DNA of 64,000 nucleotides from an uncultured Gammaproteobacteria bacterium (GCA_947258755.1 CAMYJO010000002.1:4768-68767); one strand, 5' to 3'. Shown: positions 29,628 to 39,892, counted from the first letter of the stretch. The notes: generated by a model from the sequence alone, not told the origin. Made by a program: numbers and translations.

Positions 29628-29636
29628 TTACAGGCA

Positions 29637-30548
29637 ATGACTGACGCATTATTGCAAATCCTCGCCCTTCTTGGCCTGGGCGTTATCTGGTCACTGCTGC
29701 GTCCTGCCGGTCTGGAAATCTCGGCAGTACGCGCCGCCCTAACCAGTGCAGTATATTACGTGTTTCTGCCGGCGCTGGTGTTAAAGATTCTATGGCAGGC
29801 ACCACTCGACATCACCAGCATCAAAATCTCGATCAGTGCTGTGATGGGTATTCTCGCCAGTCTGCTGTTGGCTGCATTCGCTTGCAGACTGTGTCGTGCC
29901 AGACGTGATGTCACTGGAGCGATCCTGCTGGCCGCCGCCTTTCCAAATGCAACCTACCTCGGCCTGCCATTACTCGAGAGCACCTTTGGCCCCTGGGCCA
30001 GAAGTATTGCCGTGCAATTTGATATGTTCGCCTGTTTTCCGCTGGTATTGACCGTCGGGGTTGTCATCGCCAATCGTTACGGTAGTAAACCTCACCGTGG
30101 GAATCCCTTGTATTCATTATTCAGTGTCGTACCTTTGTGGGCCGTGGCCTTGGCGGTGACACTTAACCTGCTGCAAATAAAGCCAGCGCCATGGGTGGAT
30201 GGCGCGCTCGATATGATGGGCAGTGTGGTTATCCCGCTGATGCTGTTCGCCGCCGGACTGGCCCTGCCCAGGGGCATACGCGAGTGGCACAATTTACCAA
30301 CGGTGTTACCGGTCGCATTGATACAGCTATTTTTCATGCCGCTGATTGTGTGGCTGGTCGCCGCTAACATCGGCGTTAGTGGTGAGACCCTGCGCGCACT
30401 GGTGATTGAGGCGGCCCTACCGAGTATGGCATTAGGTATTGTGTTATCTGATCGCTTCGGCCTGAATACCGGTATCTATGCTGCGGCGCTAACACTAACG
30501 ACAGCACTGAGCTTTTTCACATTGCCACTGTGGTATTACTGGGTCTAG
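29637..30548 (+). CDS. AEC (auxin efflux carrier) family transporter
   Basis: About 10 TM helices; YVFLPAL, FPNATYLGLP, IPLMLF..G, EAALP. Confidence 0.88.
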   Translation: MTDALLQILALLGLGVIWSLLRPAGLEISAVRAALTSAVYYVFLPALVLKILWQAPLDITSIKISISAVMGILASLLLAAFACRLCRARRDVTGAILLAAAFPNATYLGLPLLESTFGPWARSIAVQFDMFACFPLVLTVGVVIANRYGSKPHRGNPLYSLFSVVPLWAVALAVTLNLLQIKPAPWVDGALDMMGSVVIPLMLFAAGLALPRGIREWHNLPTVLPVALIQLFFMPLIVWLVAANIGVSGETLRALVIEAALPSMALGIVLSDRFGLNTGIYAAALTLTTALSFFTLPLWYYWV

Positions 30549-30550
30549 CC

Positions 30551-31219
30551 TTACTGGTGGGTTGATGTCAGAGTTAGAAATTTTTTCTCCAGGGCCTGGT
30601 CCATCACGCCCTGTTGTTGCAAGGATTGTTTTAATGCCTCTGCCTGTTGCTCGAGTATTTGCCGTTGCTCATTGTTGAACAGGGTCATGATTGTGCTGAT
30701 CGTTTCCTCGTCCCCTGACAGGATGGTCGGTAACAATTCATCTTCTTCCAGCTGAGTATCCGCTCTTAATATATCGGCCACCAGGCTGTACTCCAGCAGG
30801 GCCATATGGATGTCTCGGGCCTGGCTCTCGCGGTCCAGCTCTTCCAATGCCAGTGGGTCCTGCCCGGCTGCTGAGCGGATCGCCGTCATGATGGCCGCAT
30901 TCAGTTTTAGCAGGCCTTCGCGTTCACGCTCATGATCACCGGACAGACCGATGCATTGCTCATACAGTTTATCGGCGCGCTCTTTGGTCTGCAGTATTTT
31001 GTCTGTTTCTTCGGTGCCTGAGAACTGACTGACATCGGTCAATAAGTCCTGCAGGGACTGCGCAAACTGTTGCACTTCTTGCTGGTCTTGCTGACGCGCC
31101 TGCTCAAGCTGCTGTTCGCTGACGTCTTGTTGCTCGGCGGAGAATAATGGATTGCGGTAACGTCGTTGCAATTGACGTTCACGTAGACCCGGTGAATCTA
31201 GAAATTGAAGTGTATCCAT
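30551..31219 (-). CDS. Hypothetical helical protein, 222 aa
   Basis: Long ORF fitting between neighbours; PGLRERQLQRRY.NPLF start. Confidence 0.75.
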   Translation of the reverse strand: MDTLQFLDSPGLRERQLQRRYRNPLFSAEQQDVSEQQLEQARQQDQQEVQQFAQSLQDLLTDVSQFSGTEETDKILQTKERADKLYEQCIGLSGDHEREREGLLKLNAAIMTAIRSAAGQDPLALEELDRESQARDIHMALLEYSLVADILRADTQLEEDELLPTILSGDEETISTIMTLFNNEQRQILEQQAEALKQSLQQQGVMDQALEKKFLTLTSTHQ

Positions 31220-31251
31220 GGCAGCGGAAAGGAAACGCCTGACAGCGTTTA

Positions 31252-31563
31252 TTAGTCCTCCTCTACCTCCAGACCATCAGCGGGAGGAAGCAGCAGGTTA
31301 ACGGTCTCGGTGTGATCATAACCATAAAATTCTTTCATGAAAGTGTACAGGTCCCTGCCGTCGTCGAGACCCTGGTTGATGTTATCCAATACGGTCTTGG
31401 CCATATCACGAGCCTCGCTGCCAGGCACGGCTATGGTAAATAAACGGCCCTCGATTCGAAACCCGGCATCAACCATATCATTGCGTATTTGGTTCCACAG
31501 ATCACGACACTCGTCATAGGTATAACTGTCATAATCCAGATTGATCATAATGCCATAACGCAT
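31252..31563 (-). CDS. 103-aa hypothetical protein, possible VapD/Cas2-like fold
   Basis: GAGG before ATG; pattern YGIMINLD..W.QI...M...GF..EG.LF. Confidence 0.7.
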   Translation of the reverse strand: MRYGIMINLDYDSYTYDECRDLWNQIRNDMVDAGFRIEGRLFTIAVPGSEARDMAKTVLDNINQGLDDGRDLYTFMKEFYGYDHTETVNLLLPPADGLEVEED

Positions 31564-31740
31564 GGCTTACCTCTTGTTCTGCCGTTATTGTTATTATTTT
31601 ACATGGTGTAATTATAAATTAACATCCACTCATGCAACAAGCTAAAAACGATGCAATAGGCTAATTAATATCACGAATTGAGAGCAATAGCGAATGACAA
31701 AAGGTGCTTATTCTCGAGCCCATGCCTGTATTTTGCCCGG

Positions 31741-32727
31741 TTACACCATCAAGATCGGCTCATCCAGTTTAGCGGCCTGTTCGCGCAGCGACAGGATCTG
31801 GTCTTCCCAGTATCGCGATGAATTAAACCAGGGAAAATTATGCGGAAAAGCCGGATCTTGCCAGCGCCGCGCAAGCCAGGCCGAATAATGCAGCATGCGC
31901 AGCGTACGCAGGGCCTCGATCAAATGCAGCTCACGGGTATCGAACTCACGAAACATCTCGTAACCGGCAAGAATGTCCGATAGCTGCAGGCTCATCTCCT
32001 GGCGCTCACCCGATAACAGCATCCATAGATCCTGGATCGCGGGGCCACTACGGGTATCATCGAAATCGACAAAATGCGGGCCACTATCGGTCCACAAAAT
32101 ATTACCCGGATGGCAATCGCCATGCAGGCGAATGCTGTCGACCGCACCGGCACGTTCATAGGCGCGCCTGATTTGCTGCAACAGGTCCTCGGCCAGGGTG
32201 CGATAGGCCAGTTGCAGCTCTTGCGGGATAAAATCATGTTCCAGCAGATAGGCGACGGATTCATCGCCGAAGTTTTCGACGGTAATGGCCGGGCGGTGTT
32301 GAAAGGGTTGACTGGCCCCGACGACATGGATCTGCGCCAGAAAGCGGCCCATCCACTCCCGATGCTCGGCCTTGTCCAGCTCAGGCCAGTGGCCACCGCG
32401 ACGCGGGAACAAGGCCAACCGAAAACCGGCATACTGATGCAGTGACTGCCCTTCGGCATCCACCAGTGGTGCGACCACCGGTAATTCGCGCTCGGCCAGC
32501 GCCAGTGTAAAGGCATGTTCTTCAAGGATGGCGTCATCGCTCCAGCGCCCCGGACGATAAAATTTAACGATCAACGGCTCACCCTGCTCCATACCGACCT
32601 GATAGACGCGGTTTTCATAGCTATTGAGCGCCAATTGTCTACCATTAGATAGGTAGCCAAAAGATTCTACCGCCTGCAAAACCATGTCAGGAGTAAGCGA
32701 TTCGTAGGGATGAGGGTCCGACTGCAT
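31741..32727 (-). CDS. srkA: Stress response kinase SrkA/RdoA (YihE)
   Basis: LNSYENRVY, KFYRPGRW, RLHGDCHPGNILW, VDFDD, AIQDLWM. Confidence 0.94.
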   Translation of the reverse strand: MQSDPHPYESLTPDMVLQAVESFGYLSNGRQLALNSYENRVYQVGMEQGEPLIVKFYRPGRWSDDAILEEHAFTLALAERELPVVAPLVDAEGQSLHQYAGFRLALFPRRGGHWPELDKAEHREWMGRFLAQIHVVGASQPFQHRPAITVENFGDESVAYLLEHDFIPQELQLAYRTLAEDLLQQIRRAYERAGAVDSIRLHGDCHPGNILWTDSGPHFVDFDDTRSGPAIQDLWMLLSGERQEMSLQLSDILAGYEMFREFDTRELHLIEALRTLRMLHYSAWLARRWQDPAFPHNFPWFNSSRYWEDQILSLREQAAKLDEPILMV

Positions 32728-32802
32728 GAGGCTCCATTTTTTGTTTTATATAAAGCATGCTAGATTAGCATTTTTTCAAACACACCGGACGTCTAAAACG
32801 AT

Positions 32803-34848
32803 ATGACCAGCGAAAACCCATTATTGACCTTTCAGGGCCTGCCTCCGTTCAGCCAGATCAAACCCGAACATATAGAACCCGCTATCGACCAGTTACTGGC
32901 CGAGAACAGGAACACGCTGGCCGAGCTTTTGGACTCCACGGAACATTTCAGCTGGAAAAACCTGGTTGAGCCGCTCGAAGACATGATGGACCGACTCAGC
33001 GCGGTGTGGTCACCGGTCAGCCATATGAACTCAGTCGTCAATAGCGATGCACTGCGTGATGCCTATAATGCCTGCCTGGAAAAACTCAGTGCCTACTATA
33101 CCGAGCTCGGACAGAACGAGGCCCTGTTCAAGGCCTATGAGTACATCGCCGAACATGAATCCTACCAACAGTTGGACCAGGCCCAGCGCAAGGTCATCGA
33201 AAACGAGTTACGTGATTTTCGTTTGTCCGGTATCGATCTGTCCGATGCTAACAAGGCACGCTACCGTGACATTATGCAGCGACTGTCTAAACTGACATCA
33301 ACGTTTGGCGAAAATGTACTCGACGCAACCCAGGCCTGGAGTAAATCAATTGATGATGAAAGCGACCTGGCCGGTTTGCCCGAGTCCGCCATCGCTCTGT
33401 GCCGACAGCAAGCCGAAAACGCCGGCCAGTCGGGTTACCTGCTTAACCTCGAGTTTCCGTCGTACTATCCGGTCATTACCTATGCCGATGACCGCGAACT
33501 CCGGCATGAAATGTACGCGGCCTATGTCACCCGCGCCTCCGATGAAGGACCGAACGCCGGTGAGTGGGACAACAGCCCGGTGATGGAAGAGATCCTGGCG
33601 CTAAGGCATGAACTCGCACAACTGCTTGGTTTTGCGAATTACGCCGAACGTTCCATCGCCACCAAGATGGCTGCGTCCACCGATCAGGTCGTGCAATTTC
33701 TGCAAGAGCTGGCTGAACGCTCATTACCGGTCGCAAAAGCGGAGCTGGAACAGGTGCGTGAATTTGCCAAAACCCAATTTGGACAAACGGAACTGGAGGC
33801 CTGGGATATTCCTTACTATTCCGAAAAGCTGCGCCAGTCCGAATACAATATCTCCCAGGAAGAATTAAAACCCTACTTCCCGGCGCCACAAGTCATTGAA
33901 GGCATGTTTGCCGTGGTTGGCAAGTTGTATGCACTGCAGATCCGCCCGCACACAGGTGTTGACAGCTGGCATGATGACGTACAGTTTTTTGAAATACGCG
34001 ACAGTGACAATGAACTACGTGGGCAGTTTTATCTCGACCTGTATGCGCGCGCCAACAAACGCGGTGGCGCCTGGATGGATGAGTGCATCAGTCGCAAGGT
34101 CCGCAACGGCAAAGTGCAAACCCCGGTTGCCTACCTGACCTGTAATTTCACTCCGCCGATCGGTGATGACCCGGCGCTGCTGACCCACGGCGAGGTCGAG
34201 ACCCTGTTCCATGAATTCGGACATGGCCTGCACCACATGCTGACCAAGATCGACTACACCAGTGTCTCCGGTATCAGCGGCGTAGCCTGGGACGCAGTCG
34301 AATTACCGAGCCAGTTTATGGAAAACTGGTGCTGGGAGCGCGAGGCCCTGGACCTGTTTGCAAGCCATTACCAAAGCGGTGACAAAATCCCGGACGATCT
34401 GTATCAACGCATGAAGGCGGCCAAAAACTTCCAGTCGGCGATGCAAATGGCCAGACAACTCGAGTTCTCACTGTTTGACTTTCGCTTGCACATGGAATTC
34501 GATCCTGACAAGGGTGCGAATGTATATACGCTACTGGATGACGTACGCAAGCAGGTTGCGGTCATGCAACCGCCTTCCTTCAATCGCTTCCCGCACAGCT
34601 TTTCGCATATTTTCGCCGGTGGTTATGCTGCAGGTTATTACAGCTACAAGTGGGCCGAGGTATTATCGGCAGACGCGTTCTCGGCCTTTGAAGAGACCCA
34701 TATCTTCGATAGCCATACCGGCCAGCGTTTTTTACAGAGTATCCTCGAACAGGGTGGTTCACGAGAACCGATGGAGCTATTTGTCGATTTCCGTGGACGC
34801 GAACCGACCATCGATGCACTGTTGCGCCATAGCGGCCTGGCAGCCTGA
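32803..34848 (+). CDS. prlC: Oligopeptidase A (M3)
   Basis: NPLL, KRGGAWMD, FHEFGHGLHH, DAVELPSQ, GGYAAGYYSYKWAE. Confidence 0.96.
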   Translation: MTSENPLLTFQGLPPFSQIKPEHIEPAIDQLLAENRNTLAELLDSTEHFSWKNLVEPLEDMMDRLSAVWSPVSHMNSVVNSDALRDAYNACLEKLSAYYTELGQNEALFKAYEYIAEHESYQQLDQAQRKVIENELRDFRLSGIDLSDANKARYRDIMQRLSKLTSTFGENVLDATQAWSKSIDDESDLAGLPESAIALCRQQAENAGQSGYLLNLEFPSYYPVITYADDRELRHEMYAAYVTRASDEGPNAGEWDNSPVMEEILALRHELAQLLGFANYAERSIATKMAASTDQVVQFLQELAERSLPVAKAELEQVREFAKTQFGQTELEAWDIPYYSEKLRQSEYNISQEELKPYFPAPQVIEGMFAVVGKLYALQIRPHTGVDSWHDDVQFFEIRDSDNELRGQFYLDLYARANKRGGAWMDECISRKVRNGKVQTPVAYLTCNFTPPIGDDPALLTHGEVETLFHEFGHGLHHMLTKIDYTSVSGISGVAWDAVELPSQFMENWCWEREALDLFASHYQSGDKIPDDLYQRMKAAKNFQSAMQMARQLEFSLFDFRLHMEFDPDKGANVYTLLDDVRKQVAVMQPPSFNRFPHSFSHIFAGGYAAGYYSYKWAEVLSADAFSAFEETHIFDSHTGQRFLQSILEQGGSREPMELFVDFRGREPTIDALLRHSGLAA

Positions 34849-34901
34849 ATCATGTTCAATTCTGGCTAAATAGGCCGTTTTTATATCGTTGTACACATGT
34901 C

Positions 34902-34946
34902 TGCACAGGCACTTACCGCTTTTGCGGACCTGTGCACTTGTTTTTT
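34902..34946 (+). terminator. Probable terminator after prlC
   Basis: tgcacagg/cctgtgca stem enclosing ccgc-tttt-gcgg, followed by cttgtttttt. Confidence 0.5.
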
Positions 34947-35039
34947 CAGGCAGTAAGTGCATGATATCGACATTGACCTGACATTGGTTAACGATTTATG
35001 ATTTCATGCATGGGCTAATAGAATAAAGGAACTATTCAG

Positions 35040-36023
35040 ATGAATAAATTATTATTGAGCCTACTATTACTCGCCGAGCTTATTTTCCCCACACAGATAT
35101 TCGCCAGAGCCGATGTCAAAGGTTCATCAGAGCATCCATTACTGAGCCGCTATCCCGATTTCCATATCAAACAGTATACGAAACTCGAATATGACGAAGC
35201 CGAGATCATGACGGGCGCATATCATTACAAGAATAAAATAGCCGCGACCAAGACCCTCGAAGGCAAGGTTACCAACATTAAATACATCAATCAGGGCACC
35301 GGCATGAGTGTCACCGCCTTACAGCTCTATAAAAATTATGAGAAGGCGCTGAAGAAACTCAATGCCACCATGATACTGTCTTGCCGGGGCGCCAAATGCT
35401 ACGTCAATCAGGCCAGGGAAAATGGCGTCTTTATCAATAACTGGCTTAATAAGCGTAAATTGATGTATAAGGGCGTGCATGCCAATATCGGCAGTGAGTT
35501 TGGCATTCTGACCGCAAAAATAGCCGACAAAAAGGGTGGCGATATTTATGTCATGGTGACCGTCGGCGTCGATTTACCCAATAAACGTCGAACCATCCTG
35601 ATGAGTTTTATCGAACCCGAGACCCTGGATACCGACAAAGTGGGCATTGGCAGTCCGGATGACATACAAAAGGGTATAGAGCAAATAGGTAAAGTGGAAC
35701 TGGCCGGTGTCTTTTTTGACCACAATAAAGCCACTATCAAACCCGACTCAAAAAACACCCTCGATATCATTGCCCAGTATTTATCCGCAAACCCCTCCAA
35801 TAAATTTTTCGTTGTCGGCCACACTGATAACACCGGTAGTTTCGATCATAATAAGACGCTGTCACAACAACGCGCCAAGGCCGTGGTCAATGCGCTAATC
35901 AAGCTCGGCGCCATTAAAACCCAGCTGACGGCCAAGGGCGTGGGGCCCTTATCGCCGAATGCCCCGAACAAGACCGATGACGGCAAGGCATTGAATCGTC
36001 GCGTGGAGTTGGTCGAAAATTAA
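35040..36023 (+). CDS. OmpA-family protein with DUF4892-like N-domain
   Basis: Signal peptide, HPLLSRYP; OmpA-C motifs FDHNKA, VGHTD, LSQQRA, NRRVEL. Confidence 0.9.
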   Translation: MNKLLLSLLLLAELIFPTQIFARADVKGSSEHPLLSRYPDFHIKQYTKLEYDEAEIMTGAYHYKNKIAATKTLEGKVTNIKYINQGTGMSVTALQLYKNYEKALKKLNATMILSCRGAKCYVNQARENGVFINNWLNKRKLMYKGVHANIGSEFGILTAKIADKKGGDIYVMVTVGVDLPNKRRTILMSFIEPETLDTDKVGIGSPDDIQKGIEQIGKVELAGVFFDHNKATIKPDSKNTLDIIAQYLSANPSNKFFVVGHTDNTGSFDHNKTLSQQRAKAVVNALIKLGAIKTQLTAKGVGPLSPNAPNKTDDGKALNRRVELVEN

Positions 36024-36090
36024 ATTCAATCATCTTATCGGGCTCGCTTGCTTTACATCAGTTGGCGAGCGCGCAACACTGGTCAATAAG

Positions 36091-36107
36091 TGTCGAGTTT
36101 CTTTACA
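36091..36107 (+). promoter_or_regulatory. PEP-CTERM (PrsR-type) enhancer box
   Basis: TGTCGAGTTTCTTTACA = TGT-N11-ACA, 63 bp upstream of a sigma-54 site. Confidence 0.7.
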
Positions 36108-36170
36108 GGTTTGCTTGCTCTTGATTTGCAATAGACTCAAATTTATTAATAACAAAGCATTTATTATTTC

Positions 36171-36185
36171 TGGCATATATATTGC
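36171..36185 (+). promoter_or_regulatory. Sigma-54 promoter
   Basis: TGGCATATATATTGC with GG-N10-GC spacing. Confidence 0.75.
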
Positions 36186-36227
36186 CTAAATTAGAATCTA
36201 ATACTTATAAGTTATAAGGACGTTAAT

Positions 36228-36779
36228 ATGAAAAAAAATATTATCACACTAGTCGCTCTGTTTGCTTCATTGTTGACTAGCAATGCCAATGCCATTCCAC
36301 TTCAATACACTTTTGCGCAAGATGGTTACGCAGAAGGTGCAAGCATTACCGGCAGTTTCGCCGGCACAGACTTAAATAATGATGGTCAGCTCAGTTCCTT
36401 CCAAGGCGAGATCAGTGACTACTCAATGTCATTTTCCGGAAACTCTATCGTCGATGCGTTTTCACATACGTTTTCTGACTTTGGCCAATTAGTTTATATT
36501 ATAGGCACTCCTTTTATAGGTGATGATTTTATCGGTGAAAGAGAAGGTATCGCTTCCGGACCTCTGTTTGGGCCAGACCACCCATTCTCTTATATGACAG
36601 GTCTTGGGCCAATGCGCTACGGTCATGGTAGAGTCACAAATAACACTACCCTCGCGTTTGACTCCGACTACACCTCAAACCCGGCTACAGTTACACTGGT
36701 TCCCGAACCTGCCACGGTAGCGCTGATGAGTATCGGGCTCGCGGGGCTTGGCTTCAGCAGTAAACGCAAAAAAGTCTAA
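36228..36779 (+). CDS. PEP-CTERM sorting-domain protein
   Basis: Signal peptide ending ANA; C-terminal VPEPATVALMSIGLAGLGFSSKRKKV. Confidence 0.95.
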   Translation: MKKNIITLVALFASLLTSNANAIPLQYTFAQDGYAEGASITGSFAGTDLNNDGQLSSFQGEISDYSMSFSGNSIVDAFSHTFSDFGQLVYIIGTPFIGDDFIGEREGIASGPLFGPDHPFSYMTGLGPMRYGHGRVTNNTTLAFDSDYTSNPATVTLVPEPATVALMSIGLAGLGFSSKRKKV

Positions 36780-36801
36780 ATATTATCCCTTTGTCTTATC
36801 G

Positions 36802-36826
36802 ACCCGCCTTATCGGCGGGTTCTTTA
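36802..36826 (+). terminator. Intrinsic terminator after PEP-CTERM gene
   Basis: acccgcc/ggcgggt stem followed by tcttta. Confidence 0.6.
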
Positions 36827-36837
36827 TTGACTCCGTA

Positions 36838-37353
36838 TTACGCATCAACTAGATCTGCGATTATTCGCCATTCCTCAAGTTTTTGTTCTCGACTCATGGC
36901 CGCATGCGCAGGGCTGGTCGATGGCAGGCGCAAATATTCTAATGCACGCGCCTGGATTGGAGCTTGTTGCATCACCTGCCGGGTAAATTCTTGCTCAGCG
37001 CGGGCACCGTTAAAAAATACATGGCTTATTTTTTTATGTTCACTGAAAAAAGCCTCAAAATCATTGGCGACAATAGAATCACTCTGGATAGAAGAATCCA
37101 GGCTACCCTCACGCACACAGGCCTTTAATACATCCCACACGGCAATGTTGTTGTCGAGCAGGAGTTGCTTTCTGTGCGCATATGTTAGCGGTGATGACAC
37201 ATCAAACAGTTGTTCAATGATATACCAGAAGCTGTTGCGCGGATGGGCATAGTATTGCTGTTGCGCCAGAGAGGCCTCGCCGGGCATCGAGCCCAGTATC
37301 AACACGCGGGCGCTGGCCGACGCGATCGGCGCGAAACTGTACTTAATACTCAC
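36838..37353 (-). CDS. DNA-deoxyinosine (hypoxanthine) glycosylase, UDG superfamily
   Basis: LILGSMPG.ASL..QQYYAHPRN.FW, WDV, LPSTSPAH. Confidence 0.9.
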   Translation of the reverse strand: MSIKYSFAPIASASARVLILGSMPGEASLAQQQYYAHPRNSFWYIIEQLFDVSSPLTYAHRKQLLLDNNIAVWDVLKACVREGSLDSSIQSDSIVANDFEAFFSEHKKISHVFFNGARAEQEFTRQVMQQAPIQARALEYLRLPSTSPAHAAMSREQKLEEWRIIADLVDA

Positions 37354-37361
37354 CGGACAGG

Positions 37362-38309
37362 CTATAACTCCGTCGCCTGAATTTCCAGGTACATCTTGAA
37401 CACATGTTTGCCGATGCGTTCCTCGAAACCTGCCCAGTCTTTGAATGCATGCAACTGTTTCTCGGCAACGGCCTTGATTTCATAGTCTTCCAGGTCGCGT
37501 TCGTAACCTTGCTTGACGATCTGTTGCAGTGTCGACAGGTATTCAAGAAACTGCCTAGCTGCGGCATCGAAATCGCCGCTTTGTCCATGGCCCGGCACAA
37601 AGGTCTTGATATCCAATGTCTTTGCATAGTTCAACACCTTAATGCCACCGTGCATGCTGGAACTGGAATCAAACCGGCCCATGCGTTTATTAAAGCTGTT
37701 ATCGCCCATAAAGAGGGTCTTGCTGTTGACATGTTCGACCATCACATCCGTGTCTGTGTGCGCAGGGCCGGATGAATGAACCTTAAAACGTTGGCCATCG
37801 ACAACAATCTCATCACCTTGTTGCACAGGCTTGTCCGGAGCGACGACGCGCGTGCCTTTGCTGGCACCTTCGGTCAGGCGTTGCATGATATTGATCCAGT
37901 CACTACCCACTTTTGTTTTTGCTTGTGCGATCATGTTCGGGTGTGCATAGATCAGTGCCTTCGGGTACTGCTCCTTGACCGCCTGATTACCCAGCCAGTG
38001 ATCGCCATGGATATGTGAATTGAACACGGCCAGGACAGGCTTCGCTGTTATTTTTTTAATCTCACTCAGCACTTGCTTACCGACCTGGTAGGTACCGCCG
38101 GGATCAATCAGTATCACACCGTTTTTACTGACGATGATGCCAGGGTTATTCATAAAACCTTGATTCTGTTTACTCGGTTCCTGCAATGGCCCATGCATCA
38201 CATAAACCTGATCGGCAATGGACTCAAACTTATAATCACCAACGCCGGGTAGCACCCAGGCATGACTTGAGAGCGGCAGTAATAACATTAAAATAAATAA
38301 TTTTTTCAA
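37362..38309 (-). CDS. Secreted MBL-fold metallohydrolase (SoxH-like)
   Basis: Signal peptide; SHIHGDH, AHT, MGD, VPGHG. Confidence 0.85.
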   Translation of the reverse strand: MKKLFILMLLLPLSSHAWVLPGVGDYKFESIADQVYVMHGPLQEPSKQNQGFMNNPGIIVSKNGVILIDPGGTYQVGKQVLSEIKKITAKPVLAVFNSHIHGDHWLGNQAVKEQYPKALIYAHPNMIAQAKTKVGSDWINIMQRLTEGASKGTRVVAPDKPVQQGDEIVVDGQRFKVHSSGPAHTDTDVMVEHVNSKTLFMGDNSFNKRMGRFDSSSSMHGGIKVLNYAKTLDIKTFVPGHGQSGDFDAAARQFLEYLSTLQQIVKQGYERDLEDYEIKAVAEKQLHAFKDWAGFEERIGKHVFKMYLEIQATEL

Positions 38310-38352
38310 GGCATCACCCTTTGTGAATTCTAATCATAACAGTATAAAACAT

Positions 38353-39462
38353 TTAGCCCTCGCCCGTGGAAGGCATTTCCTTGATGAAAATATCGTGTTT
38401 GGAATAAGGTATTTCAATGCCTTCACTATCGAAGCGTTTGTAGATCGTGGTATTGAGAATATCGAGCACACGCCCGCGTAGCTCCGGGTTGTCGATCCAG
38501 CACAGTAATTCAACGTCGAGACTGGAACCGCCAAAGTTGCGGAAACGCACACGGGGTTCAGGGTCTCCACAGACTGTCGGTTCTTCAATGGCGATGTCCA
38601 TTAACAACTGTTTAACCTGGTCGATGTCCGAGCCATAGGCGACACCGACCTTGACCCGCAGTCGGAATTTTTCATGCGGCCCGCCGGACTCGTTGGTGAT
38701 ACGGGTATTACCCATAATCGCATTCGGGATGGTGATCTCAACATCATCACGCGTTAACAGACGCGTACTACGAATACCAATATGTGTAACCATGCCGCGC
38801 TCACCGCTATCGAGGACGACATAGTCACCGATTTTGTACGGTGTATCGGCGAGTATAAAGACACCGGAGAAGAGATTGGCCAGGGTATCCTTGGCAGCGA
38901 AACCAATCGCAATACCGGCGATACCGGCCGAGGCCAACCAGGCCGTCATATCGATATGCCAGGAACGGAACACCAGATAGATCGATACCACAATGACGAT
39001 GATAAATCCCAAATTCTCAAACAACGGCAGGGTCTGTCTGCGAATGATTGATCGCTCGCTGGCGCTGGCGCTTAAGGCACGTAACACAATCCTGATCATG
39101 CGCATCAAAAACATCGACCACAGGATAATCAGAACGCTGGCGATAACCGAGGCAATGATTTTGCCAGTACCCGGCGACAGGTCCAGTGGTAACAGCGCCA
39201 TCCTGAAACCAATCAACGATATCGTCCAGAATACCGGTCGACGCAACGCCGCGATCAGCTGGTCATCCCATTTGAAGTGCGTATGCGCGGCAAGACGGCC
39301 AGCGACACGAGTAACAATGGTCACGGCTATACTGGCGGTAATGACTGTCAGTATTAACACGATCCCGGCAATGGCCATCGGGTGATCACCGAAAAAACCG
39401 GTGATCGGTTTTATCTGGGTCATGAGGTCAGTCAGCGTGGTGCCTTGTTCGGTGTCTTTCAT
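38353..39462 (-). CDS. MscS-family mechanosensitive channel
   Basis: AGIAGIAIGFAAKDTLANLFSG, PYKIGD, IGIRST, IPNA, GIEIPY. Confidence 0.93.
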   Translation of the reverse strand: MKDTEQGTTLTDLMTQIKPITGFFGDHPMAIAGIVLILTVITASIAVTIVTRVAGRLAAHTHFKWDDQLIAALRRPVFWTISLIGFRMALLPLDLSPGTGKIIASVIASVLIILWSMFLMRMIRIVLRALSASASERSIIRRQTLPLFENLGFIIVIVVSIYLVFRSWHIDMTAWLASAGIAGIAIGFAAKDTLANLFSGVFILADTPYKIGDYVVLDSGERGMVTHIGIRSTRLLTRDDVEITIPNAIMGNTRITNESGGPHEKFRLRVKVGVAYGSDIDQVKQLLMDIAIEEPTVCGDPEPRVRFRNFGGSSLDVELLCWIDNPELRGRVLDILNTTIYKRFDSEGIEIPYSKHDIFIKEMPSTGEG

Positions 39463-39490
39463 AGCTTGCTCCAGTGGTCAGCAATCATCC

Positions 39491-39892
39491 TTACTCGGGC
39501 GCATACTCGTCGTACTGTGGTAATTCATCAGATATCTGTTCCCAGTTGGCCTTTGATGATGCAAAAATATGGCAACCCGGACGTTCACTGATCGCAGACT
39601 CAATCGTGCCGAGGCGTATCCTGACGATGTCAGGCTTGGCAGTACTCAAACTCATTATAGGTGAACCACAGGTGCTGCAAAAATATTTAGTCTGCCCCGG
39701 GGTCGATTCATAGGCACTCAGACCCTGTTCACCTTGTAACAATTTAAAGTCCTTGGCGGCGACATTGGCGTTACTGGCAAAGGCGCTGCCTTGCACCTTG
39801 CGGCAACGCGAACAATGGCAGTAAACAATATCATTGATCGGCCCGTCTATCTCGAAGCGGGTCTGTCCACATAAACATGATCCTTTATACAT
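39491..39892 (-). CDS. GFA/CENP-V family Zn protein
   Basis: GSCLCG, CHCSRCRK, FCSTCGS, HIF; GGAGG before ATG 39892. Confidence 0.9.
   Translation of the reverse strand: MYKGSCLCGQTRFEIDGPINDIVYCHCSRCRKVQGSAFASNANVAAKDFKLLQGEQGLSAYESTPGQTKYFCSTCGSPIMSLSTAKPDIVRIRLGTIESAISERPGCHIFASSKANWEQISDELPQYDEYAPE

Noticed and set aside
31252-31563. CRISPR-Cas locus around the Cas2-like ORF
   Set aside because: No repeat-spacer array or other cas genes seen anywhere in the window.
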